DNA of 14,970 bases, taken from NCBI GenBank assembly GCA_038046645.1, contig JBBSVU010000024.1, positions 3,141 through 18,110 on the forward strand, in the 5' to 3' direction. The position numbers were made by a program, and so were the translations under genes. Shown one piece after another: positions 8,755 to 14,970 of this stretch (the stretch's first letter is position 1; each line of letters begins with the position of its first letter). The notes beneath the pieces were generated by a model that did no database searches, had not been told where the DNA came from, and saw nothing but the letters and a program-made list of their open reading frames with translations. This DNA comes from an archaeon. GTDB lineage: Archaea; Iainarchaeota; Iainarchaeia; Iainarchaeales; 0-14-0-20-34-12.

Positions 8755-9765
8755 ATGAGTACTTCATATAGGGTTATTTTAGGTAGAAAGTATCTTTTTA
8801 TGTTTTTTAAATTAATTAGAGAATCTGACAGTTTTGTTTCTTGGGCTAAACTTAGGAAGGATCTTGTTATAGGGGATACTGCTCTGAAAAGGTATAAACG
8901 TGGTGAGTTAACAATCCCATTACTTTTATTCTTAACTTTATTAGGTTATTTAAACAAGAAAGATCACAAGTTATTCACACAGAATGTGTCTTTAAGAAAC
9001 TCTAATTGGGGAGCAAAGAAAGGGGCCCATGCAGCTATTTCTAAACTAAGCAAAACCAAACTTAATGAAAATATGAGTAAAGTTAGATCTAATATCAAGC
9101 GTAAGAATATTTTAGATACTCCCTATCCTACTTTATTTGATTTAAGTGCATGCGAATTTTTTGGAGCTATGCTTGGGGACGGTTGCGTTTCTTATTTTAA
9201 AAATGAAGGACAAATTAAGTCTGAGGTGCGAATAGTAGGAAATGCAAAAAAAGACAGAATTTATCTAGAGTATATTTCTGGATTAATTAAAAAACTTTTT
9301 AATTCACAAGCAAAAGTTTATGAACGGAAAAAGGATAATAGTTTGCAATTATGTACTAGGAAAAAATCAGTTGCTGCATGGTTAAAGAATAATGGGTATC
9401 CTACAGGTAAAAAGCCTAAAGATTTTGGCATACCTGAGAACCTTATGAATTTGCCTTTAGACTATCTTAATAGAGTAATAAGAGGTCTCCTAGATACTGA
9501 TGGGCATGTTAATGCTAGGAAAGATGAGAATTATAAGTATCCTTACATTACAATTTCAAGTGTCAGCCATAATTTAAAGAATCAGTTAAAAGTAATCTTA
9601 AGACGACAAGGTTTTCCTGCATTTATCCATTCTGATGCCGTAAGTATTAGGGGTGCTAAGAATTTCCATAAATGGTTTGAGGTTGTTGGAAGTAGCAATC
9701 CAAGGATTTTAAAAAAGTATGACGAATTTTGTAATATAGGGCAAATTATTCCGGGCTCGTGGTGA
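8755..9765 (+). CDS. Two-motif LAGLIDADG homing endonuclease-like protein with an N-terminal HTH-like region
   Basis: Motifs EFFGAMLGDG and VIRGLLDTDG. N-terminal SWAKLRKDLVIGDTALKRYKRGELTIP is HTH-like. The TGA stop lies inside the tRNA. Confidence 0.88.
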   Translation: MSTSYRVILGRKYLFMFFKLIRESDSFVSWAKLRKDLVIGDTALKRYKRGELTIPLLLFLTLLGYLNKKDHKLFTQNVSLRNSNWGAKKGAHAAISKLSKTKLNENMSKVRSNIKRKNILDTPYPTLFDLSACEFFGAMLGDGCVSYFKNEGQIKSEVRIVGNAKKDRIYLEYISGLIKKLFNSQAKVYERKKDNSLQLCTRKKSVAAWLKNNGYPTGKKPKDFGIPENLMNLPLDYLNRVIRGLLDTDGHVNARKDENYKYPYITISSVSHNLKNQLKVILRRQGFPAFIHSDAVSIRGAKNFHKWFEVVGSSNPRILKKYDEFCNIGQIIPGSW

Positions 9766-9824
9766 AATGGCATCACGCAACCTTCGCAAGGTTGAGGCTG
9801 CGGGTTCGACTCCCGCCGAGTCCA
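9753..9824 (+). tRNA. tRNA-Ala (anticodon CGC), intronless, CCA not encoded
   Basis: Acceptor stem GGGCTCG/CGAGTCC with the G3:U70 Ala determinant; D stem GTGA/TCAC; anticodon arm CAACC-TTCGCAA-GGTTG; T arm GCGGG-TTCGACT-CCCGC; discriminator A73. Confidence 0.97.
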
Positions 9825-9831
9825 TTCCGCC

Positions 9832-9967
9832 TTCTCTTTCTTTTTCTAAAAGAAAGAGAATGTAGGTTGCCAAGAGAAAGAAAATATGGGTGTTTCAAAA
9901 AAGAAAGAGAAAAGCTAGGCGCCCCAAAAGAGAAAGAAACTTTGGTGCACCAAAAGAGAAAGAAAAG
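9832..9967. repeat. Homopyrimidine/homopurine hairpin followed by mirror-repeated purine tracts (potential intrastrand triplex or terminator element)
   Basis: 13-bp perfect stem 9832-9844/9848-9860; mirror pairs 9848-9860/9872-9884 and 9900-9913/9926-9939; another tract copy at 9952-9965; palindrome TTTGGTGCACCAAA at 9941-9954. Confidence 0.85.
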
Positions 9968-10000
9968 TTTAAGTATTGCCTAAAGCAAATAAAATTTGTT

Positions 10001-10177
10001 TTACAGCATCAGGAAAATCCATTCGATTAAGAAAAACAAAAACATAATGATAAAGCCTGTGCTTGAAAAGAACATATCTCCGAAAATGTTTACGTTTTGG
10101 GTAAGCAGCAATCCGAATACTAAATAAAAGGCAATAGTTACATTGATTCCCATCACAATTCTTTTGAAGGTTATCAT
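10001..10177 (-). CDS. Small membrane protein (58 aa, two predicted TM helices); absent from the ORF track
   Basis: Translated by hand: MITFKRIVMGINVTIAFYLVFGLLLTQNVNIFGDMFFSSTGFIIMFLFFLIEWIFLML*. Its ATG overlaps the upstream gene's TGA (ATGA). Confidence 0.7.
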   Translation of the reverse strand: MITFKRIVMGINVTIAFYLVFGLLLTQNVNIFGDMFFSSTGFIIMFLFFLIEWIFLML

Positions 10178-10539
10178 AATCCCATCATAAAAAAGTTATA
10201 ATATATCCAAACGCAATACGAGCTAATTTCATTTACCCAGATTAATCTGCTGCTTAATTTTGGGTCATCCTCAGCAAATGCCAAAACCGCAATTTTTACC
10301 ATGTAATGTATTGATAAAAAACCACCGACAAAGGTTGCCCATTGGAAGATATTCCCAACATCATTTAAGATCCAAAGCATTAGTATTAAGGCTATTGTCC
10401 CGGCTATCAATTTTTGGCCGTTTGCAAATACGAAGATTATGGCTATGAAAATGAATAAGAATTGCAGGTTATTTATGATTAAGCCAAAAATCCAGGCAAT
10501 ATCCAATGCCATCAAATGATACAAAAATTCAATTAACAT
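10174..10539 (-). CDS. Hypothetical integral membrane protein (about 121 aa)
   Basis: 3-4 hydrophobic segments. ATG 10539 is preferred over the track's 10611 start, which runs through the AT-rich divergent promoter region. Confidence 0.75.
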   Translation of the reverse strand: MLIEFLYHLMALDIAWIFGLIINNLQFLFIFIAIIFVFANGQKLIAGTIALILMLWILNDVGNIFQWATFVGGFLSIHYMVKIAVLAFAEDDPKLSSRLIWVNEISSYCVWIYYNFFMMGL

Positions 10540-10613
10540 AAGCGGTCTATATAATACTCTGTTCTTTCTAATATAAATAAAAAACTTGTAGATTTTACTA
10601 AAAAATAACAAAA

Positions 10614-10621
10614 TATATAAA
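10614..10621 (+). promoter_or_regulatory. Putative TATA box (TATATAAA) for the Lrp/AsnC gene
   Basis: Lies 24-31 nt upstream of ATG 10645. The palindrome TAATATATTA follows at 10630-10639. Confidence 0.45.
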
Positions 10622-10644
10622 CTTTTTGTAATATATTATTAAAT

Positions 10645-11661
10645 ATGGCTAAATCGCTTGATTCAGGCATAGTTGAGCTCGATTCCATAGATAGTAAGAT
10701 TCTGCATCAGCTTGACTTAAATGCAAGGATGCCTATTTCTCTAATCGCAAAAAGGACAAGCCTTTCAAGGATGGTTGTTGAATATAGAATAAACAAAATG
10801 CTTGAGTTAGGGGTCATAAGAGCCTTTGCCACACAGATAGATCCTGCAAAATTCGGGTTGTCAAGCTGGAAAGTCTATGTAAGGTTGCACAATACAACTG
10901 CAGAACTCGAGAACCAGATTATGGATTTTCTGGCTGCCAATCCCCAAGTATGGTGGGTTGTAAAATGTTACGGCCAATACAATCTGCTTTATTCAGTTGT
11001 AGGGGAAAGCTATTATGAATTTTACAAATCATTAATCGATTTTCACAACCGATTTGGTGAATATATACTTGAAGAAAATATAAACAACCATCTTGAGCCA
11101 GAATTTTCAAGCAGAGGTTATTTAAGCGATGAAAATCCAGTGATGGTCTGCAAGCCTTTTTTGGTAAAGCCTGAAAAATCAGATAGTGATTCTATTGACT
11201 TCAAGATATTAAAGGTTATTTCAGTAAATGCAAGGCTTTCTGCTGTTGAAATAGCCAAGAAAACAGGGTTAAGCCCAAGAGTAGTTGATTACCGGATGAA
11301 GGAATTGATAAAAAAGAAAGTTATTGTTTATTTTAGATTAGTCCTTGATGTGAATAAAATTGGAAGAGATTATTATAAAGGGCTTGTCTATTTAAAAAAT
11401 ACTAATTCTAAGAACATGGAAAGGCTTATTGGCCATCTCAAATTAAATAAGGAAATAACCCAATGGGGAAAAACAGTTGGTCCATGGCAGCTTGAGATAG
11501 AATCAGAGTCAAGGAATTTTAAGGAATATAACCTAACAATTGAGGCTTTGTTAAATAAATTTTCAGATTTAATAGTTAGGATAGATACTATTCTGATGTA
11601 TAAGGAATATAACCCAGAATACAACTTCCTAGCTTACTTGGAAAAAACAAGCCAACAATAA
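10645..11661 (+). CDS. Lrp/AsnC family transcriptional regulator with tandem duplicated HTH-RAM units
   Basis: Two repeats: LDSIDSKILHQLDLNARMPISLIAKRTSLSRMVVEYRINKMLELGVI and DSIDFKILKVISVNARLSAVEIAKKTGLSPRVVDYRMKELIKKKVI. Confidence 0.93.
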   Translation: MAKSLDSGIVELDSIDSKILHQLDLNARMPISLIAKRTSLSRMVVEYRINKMLELGVIRAFATQIDPAKFGLSSWKVYVRLHNTTAELENQIMDFLAANPQVWWVVKCYGQYNLLYSVVGESYYEFYKSLIDFHNRFGEYILEENINNHLEPEFSSRGYLSDENPVMVCKPFLVKPEKSDSDSIDFKILKVISVNARLSAVEIAKKTGLSPRVVDYRMKELIKKKVIVYFRLVLDVNKIGRDYYKGLVYLKNTNSKNMERLIGHLKLNKEITQWGKTVGPWQLEIESESRNFKEYNLTIEALLNKFSDLIVRIDTILMYKEYNPEYNFLAYLEKTSQQ

Positions 11662-11700
11662 TGTTATTTAATCCTTTTACTATCTCATTTATCTGATAAG

Positions 11701-12501
11701 ATGGCAAGAGTTTTTGTTAAAGATAATCTGATTCGCATTGAATTGTCTGAAGAGGAGTCAAAAAAATCTAATTTGAATGCAAATAAAGAGTATGAATTCC
11801 TGAAAGCCAAGGAAGGATTGTTTTTGCTGTCTGAAAAAGCACAAGCAGCTGAACAGGTAAAGGATTATTCTGCAATTGACAAGAAAATATTCTCGCTGCT
11901 GTCTGACAAAAAACAGCTGAGCAATGCTGTTGAAGGCAGATTTGAAAAATTGCTGAATAAAGAAGAACTCTCTAGATTTAACGAGCTGTTAAAATTAGGG
12001 AATATCATAAAATTCAAGCTTTCTGACAAATATAAAAGGGCTATTTACAAAATTTCTGAAAAATTTGTTGAGAAAAAATCGGAACATAAAACCTTTTCTG
12101 AGCAAAATATTGGACATAAGCCGAGTGTGCAGCAAATTAAGCCAAATTCCCTGCAAACAGCAGGGGAATATTTCCCTACGTTGACAAAAGACGGCTATAC
12201 TATTGTCGAGGAATCTGTTGCAAAGGAAATAAGCGAGGATTGTGCTGATAGAATTAAAGATAAAGAGCTATATGGCATGAAAATGTTTGATGGAAAATAT
12301 TGTGTAATCGAATCCTGGCTTTTTGAAAAGCACGAACCCAAAATTTTAGAATTCATTAAGAAAAATAAATGCTCAGATTTAGCTTCAATTTCTTCCAATT
12401 TAAATCTTCCGGAATCCCTTGCTCGCGTAATTTGCGGTTTATTGTGCGAAAAAGGCGATTTAATGGAAAAAAGAAGGAATTTATACTGCTTTATATCTTA
12501 A
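11701..12501 (+). CDS. Hypothetical protein with a possible N-terminal AbrB-like and C-terminal winged-helix domain
   Basis: 266-aa ORF. The C-terminus ILEFIKKNKCSDLASISSNLNLPESLARVICGLLCEKGDLMEKRRNLY is wHTH-like. Confidence 0.75.
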   Translation: MARVFVKDNLIRIELSEEESKKSNLNANKEYEFLKAKEGLFLLSEKAQAAEQVKDYSAIDKKIFSLLSDKKQLSNAVEGRFEKLLNKEELSRFNELLKLGNIIKFKLSDKYKRAIYKISEKFVEKKSEHKTFSEQNIGHKPSVQQIKPNSLQTAGEYFPTLTKDGYTIVEESVAKEISEDCADRIKDKELYGMKMFDGKYCVIESWLFEKHEPKILEFIKKNKCSDLASISSNLNLPESLARVICGLLCEKGDLMEKRRNLYCFIS

Positions 12502-12510
12502 TTTTATCTG

Positions 12511-12570
12511 ATGAAAGAGACTGTACCTAATGAAAGTCCTATGAAAGAGACTGTACCTAATGAAAGTCCT
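12511..12570 (+). repeat. Perfect 30-bp tandem duplication (MKETVPNESP x2)
   Basis: ATGAAAGAGACTGTACCTAATGAAAGTCCT at 12511-12540 and 12541-12570. Confidence 0.98.
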
Positions 12571-12969
12571 GTTTTAATCCCTCTCGTGTCTAAAAGGGAG
12601 AACGATCCATTATTCCTAAATGAAGCCCTTCAAGGCATTAAACAAGTGATTCTGCTTTTGATTGTTGATACCAATAATAGTTCAAAGACTTTTGGATTTA
12701 ATGCAATGGAAATTTCACAGGGAAGCGCATTGATGGAGGATGCCGCAAAAATAATTGGCCAGAAGAAGAAAAAATGCGATACTATTTTGCAATGGGGCGA
12801 TACCTTTACTGTAATTGACCATATTGCTAAGCTGAAGCAATGCAGTTTTATAAAAATGATTAAGCAAGATGATGAAAATTTTGAAAAATTATATGATAAA
12901 TTAAAATATCAAAAAGCATACAAGGTTTTGCTGTTTGAATTTCCTAAGCAGGAAACCGAAGAAACATGA
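12511..12969 (+). CDS. Universal stress protein (USP)-like protein
   Basis: VLIPLVS...VILLLIVD...LQWGDTFTVIDHIAKLKQCSFI follows the USP beta/alpha pattern but is divergent. Confidence 0.6.
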   Translation: MKETVPNESPMKETVPNESPVLIPLVSKRENDPLFLNEALQGIKQVILLLIVDTNNSSKTFGFNAMEISQGSALMEDAAKIIGQKKKKCDTILQWGDTFTVIDHIAKLKQCSFIKMIKQDDENFEKLYDKLKYQKAYKVLLFEFPKQETEET

Positions 12970-12972
12970 AAT

Positions 12973-13036
12973 ACTCTTGTTTATTTCTTATTACCAAGAG
13001 AAAAACTCTTGTTTATTTCTTATTACTAAGAGAAAA
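12973..13036. repeat. 32-bp intergenic tandem repeat, 2 copies with 1 mismatch, each with CTCTT...AAGAG inverted ends
   Basis: ACTCTTGTTTATTTCTTATTAC[C/T]AAGAGAAAA at 12973-13004 and 13005-13036, between convergent genes. Confidence 0.93.
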
Positions 13037-13046
13037 ATTAGGAAAA

Positions 13047-13074
13047 ATAATAATTGGTTTTAGCCAATTATTAT
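13047..13074. terminator. Inverted repeat (11-bp stem, 6-nt loop) over the stop of the DUF296 gene; possible terminator
   Basis: ATAATAATTGG-TTTTAG-CCAATTATTAT. On the minus strand a T-rich tract follows. Confidence 0.5.
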
Positions 13075-13431
13075 CTTCTTTGTATCAACATGCCTTAGGT
13101 CTAATTCTAAATCATCAAATACTTTTGCTGAAACTAACTGGCCGTCTCCGGCTTTATTTCCATCTGCTCCTTTCAAAATCACCCTGATATTGGTATTTGT
13201 GCGCTCTTTTCCCTTTTCAATTTTTCCGGATACTGTCAAGAGTTCGCAAGGCCCTGCTAACTTGATTTTGTTAATGCTTGAATCCATGCCGTGTGAAACA
13301 ATTGCAATATCTTTTAATTTTCCCCTTCCTCCTGTTATGAATACATAATGCAGATTCTGTTCATTTACCAAATCTTCTAATTCCTGCATCACATCGCTAT
13401 CAGCGCTTATCTTAACTGTCATATTAGCCAT
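13060..13431 (-). CDS. PPC domain / DUF296 family protein (degenerate metal site)
   Basis: FITGGRGKLKDI...GPCELLTVSGKI...IRVILKGADGNKAGDGQLVSAKV matches the DUF296 pattern. GAGGGG SD upstream. Confidence 0.75.
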   Translation of the reverse strand: MANMTVKISADSDVMQELEDLVNEQNLHYVFITGGRGKLKDIAIVSHGMDSSINKIKLAGPCELLTVSGKIEKGKERTNTNIRVILKGADGNKAGDGQLVSAKVFDDLELDLRHVDTKKIIIG

Positions 13432-13470
13432 CTTATCAACCCCTCAGTGAATAGCAAATTATCCCTAAAT

Positions 13471-13494
13471 GTTTAATAGTTTAATATATTAAAC
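13471..13494. promoter_or_regulatory. Perfect 16-bp palindrome with an extra half-site in a divergent intergenic region; candidate operator
   Basis: GTTTAATATATTAAAC at 13479-13494, directly preceded by GTTTAATA at 13471-13478. Confidence 0.45.
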
Positions 13495-13613
13495 AGCTAT
13501 TGCCTTTTTTAAATTACCTTTTTTCGCCTATTTGCTGTAAGGCACATAAAAACATGTAGTCTTTGGCTGGTTTTTTAAAATAATACCCTTATTTTTCTAT
13601 ATTGGGTGAGTTT

Positions 13614-13970
13614 ATGGCAGATAATCTAGGCGAAGCACTTGTTTATGAAGCAGATGATTCAAGCTTTAATTTTCAAGTAATTGAAAAATCCAAAAAAGTG
13701 CCTGTTATTGTGCAATTTTACGCTCCTTGGTGCATGCCCTGCCAGATGCTTGCCCCGATTTTAGAATCAGTTGTTAGATCACATGTGGGAAAATGCCTTT
13801 TGGCAAAGGTGAATATTGAAGAAAGCCCTTATGTTAGCAATGAATATGGGATTTTTAGCGTTCCTGCAGTAAAATTATTTATGGGCGGAAAGGTTGTCAG
13901 TGATTTTTCAGGGTTGGTGCCTGAAGAATACCTAAAATCCTGGTTAGATAAGAATTTAAATAAAAAATGA
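13614..13970 (+). CDS. trxA: Thioredoxin
   Basis: PVIVQFYAPWCMPCQMLAP active site, cis-Pro motif SVP, GGTGA SD before ATG 13614. Confidence 0.92.
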   Translation: MADNLGEALVYEADDSSFNFQVIEKSKKVPVIVQFYAPWCMPCQMLAPILESVVRSHVGKCLLAKVNIEESPYVSNEYGIFSVPAVKLFMGGKVVSDFSGLVPEEYLKSWLDKNLNKK

Positions 13971-14003
13971 CTTATTATATGAAAGCCTAAATATGGTGAT
14001 CTT

Positions 14004-14264
14004 ATGGTAATTACTTTTGAAATGGAACCTTATGAAGAGTTTGCAGCAAAAAACGGTTATAAATTAAATCCGAATTATGATGCCGCTAGAGCAATTGTTA
14101 AATCCTTGATTGCAAGGGAACAGCAATATGGCAAAAGATATTGCCCGTGCAGAAAACTCTTCAACGATCCAAAAGAAGATGATAAGATTGTCTGTCCTTG
14201 CGCATTTGTGCATTCAGACATAAAATCAACAGGCAAATGCCACTGCGGATTATTTTATAAATAA
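14004..14264 (+). CDS. Ferredoxin:thioredoxin reductase catalytic subunit
   Basis: CPC-x14-CPC-x12-CHC motif set (YGKRYCPCR...IVCPC...GKCHCGLF). GGTGAT SD upstream; adjacent to thioredoxin. Confidence 0.93.
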   Translation: MVITFEMEPYEEFAAKNGYKLNPNYDAARAIVKSLIAREQQYGKRYCPCRKLFNDPKEDDKIVCPCAFVHSDIKSTGKCHCGLFYK

Positions 14265-14391
14265 ATTTTTTTGGAATTTTGCAGGTTAAGAATCTGCACC
14301 TATTTGAATTAATAATTATTTGGTTAACATACATTGTATGCCTGCACCAAAAAGACCTCATAAGAGATTTTTCCCTGTTTATATTGCTTTT

Positions 14392-14970
14392 ATGGCCAGC
14401 GAATTGAAGAAGGGCACGAGAAGAGGTGCAATAGCGAAAAGGCTGGTACAGAAAGGGGCAAATCCTGATTCTTCAAATACTTTTTTGTCCAGGAAATTTC
14501 CAAAGGAAGAGATTGCAAAAATGATGGAAGAAGGGAAAACAAGGGAACAGGCAATAGATGCTTTATTGTGGAAATATAGGCAAACAGTAAAAAGCAGTGT
14601 AGAATGGAATGAGATTGCAAGAAAAAGAGAGGCTGGGAAGACTCCTGAGGAGAGGAGTGAGATTGGAAGGGAGGCATGGGCTGGGAAGACTCCTGCTGAA
14701 AGAAGTGAGATTGCTAGGGGAAGAAATGTTGAGAAAGCTAAAAGAGGCAAGGCTATTGCACAGATAATGGCTAGGAAGACTCCTGAGGAGAGGAGTGAGA
14801 TTGCAAGAAAAGGATGGGCTGGGAAGACTCCTGAGGAGAGGAGTGAGATTGCAAGGAGAAAATGGGTTGGGAAGACTCCTGAGGAGAGGAGTGAGATTGC
14901 AAGAAAAGGATGGGTTGGGAAGACTCCTGAGGAGAGGAGTGAGATTGGAAGGGAGGCATGGGCTGGGAAG
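14392..14970 (+). CDS. Repeat protein with 16-aa KTPEERSEIARKGWAG-type repeats; runs off the 3' end and is absent from the ORF track
   Basis: ATG 14392 opens 193 codons with no stop: MASELKKGTRRG...AGKTPEERSEIGREAWAGKTPAERSEIARG...KTPEERSEIARKGWAGKTPEERSEIARRKWVG... Confidence 0.85.
   Translation, partial: MASELKKGTRRGAIAKRLVQKGANPDSSNTFLSRKFPKEEIAKMMEEGKTREQAIDALLWKYRQTVKSSVEWNEIARKREAGKTPEERSEIGREAWAGKTPAERSEIARGRNVEKAKRGKAIAQIMARKTPEERSEIARKGWAGKTPEERSEIARRKWVGKTPEERSEIARKGWVGKTPEERSEIGREAWAGK
14635..14970 (+). repeat. 48-bp coding tandem repeat array
   Basis: Units start at 14635, 14683, 14773, 14821, 14869, 14917 and 14965. Core GGGAAGACTCCTGAGGAGAGGAGTGAGATTG followed by a more variable 17 nt. 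Confidence 0.96.

Noticed and set aside
9753..9824. tRNA as integration site (att) of a prophage or island
   Set aside because: No integrase, and I saw no duplicated tRNA fragment in the window.
9848..9967. Mini-CRISPR interpretation of the post-tRNA repeats
   Set aside because: Units are about 13-17 nt with 11-15 nt linkers and occur in two mirror orientations, which does not fit CRISPR geometry.
9759..9983. 74-aa ORF from the track
   Set aside because: It overlaps the tRNA and the purine repeat array, and its K/E/R content simply reflects the repeats.
12966..13187. 73-aa plus-strand ORF
   Set aside because: It runs across the 32-bp intergenic repeat and overlaps the DUF296 gene antisense, so it is probably spurious despite the ATGA overlap.
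14280..14346. Small hairpins (TGCAGGTT/AATCTGCA; CATAC/GTATG) as a possible ncRNA
   Set aside because: The stems are short, match no RNA family I recognise, and could arise by chance.
14379..14959. Minus-strand ORFs with QSHSSPQESS repeats
   Set aside because: Antisense readings of the plus-strand repeat gene.
14635..14970. CRISPR-like pattern (31-nt constant part plus variable part)
   Set aside because: The variable parts are only 17 nt and similar to each other, the period is a multiple of 3 within an open frame, and no cas genes are present. It is a coding repeat.

Overview
AT-rich archaeal chromosomal window. GGTGA ribosome-binding sites, TATA-like boxes about 25 nt upstream of starts, a tRNA without encoded CCA and a tandem Lrp/AsnC regulator suggest a DPANN-type archaeon (inference). 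Left: an amino-sugar cluster (3' end of glmS, glmM, an EamA transporter and a stand-alone GlmU acetyltransferase domain), with a free-standing two-motif LAGLIDADG endonuclease between glmS and glmM. Middle: a large HerA/DUF87-like ATPase, a membrane protein, and a second LAGLIDADG endonuclease whose stop codon lies inside a tRNA-Ala(CGC). Directly after the tRNA is a homopurine/homopyrimidine hairpin plus mirror-repeat array with intrastrand triple-helix geometry. Right: two small membrane proteins (one missing from the ORF track), the Lrp/AsnC regulator, a hypothetical protein, a USP-like protein with a 30-bp duplication, a degenerate PPC/DUF296 protein, a thioredoxin plus ferredoxin:thioredoxin reductase pair, and an unlisted ORF with 48-bp (16-aa) repeats that runs off the window. 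All calls come from reading motifs by eye; no searches were run.
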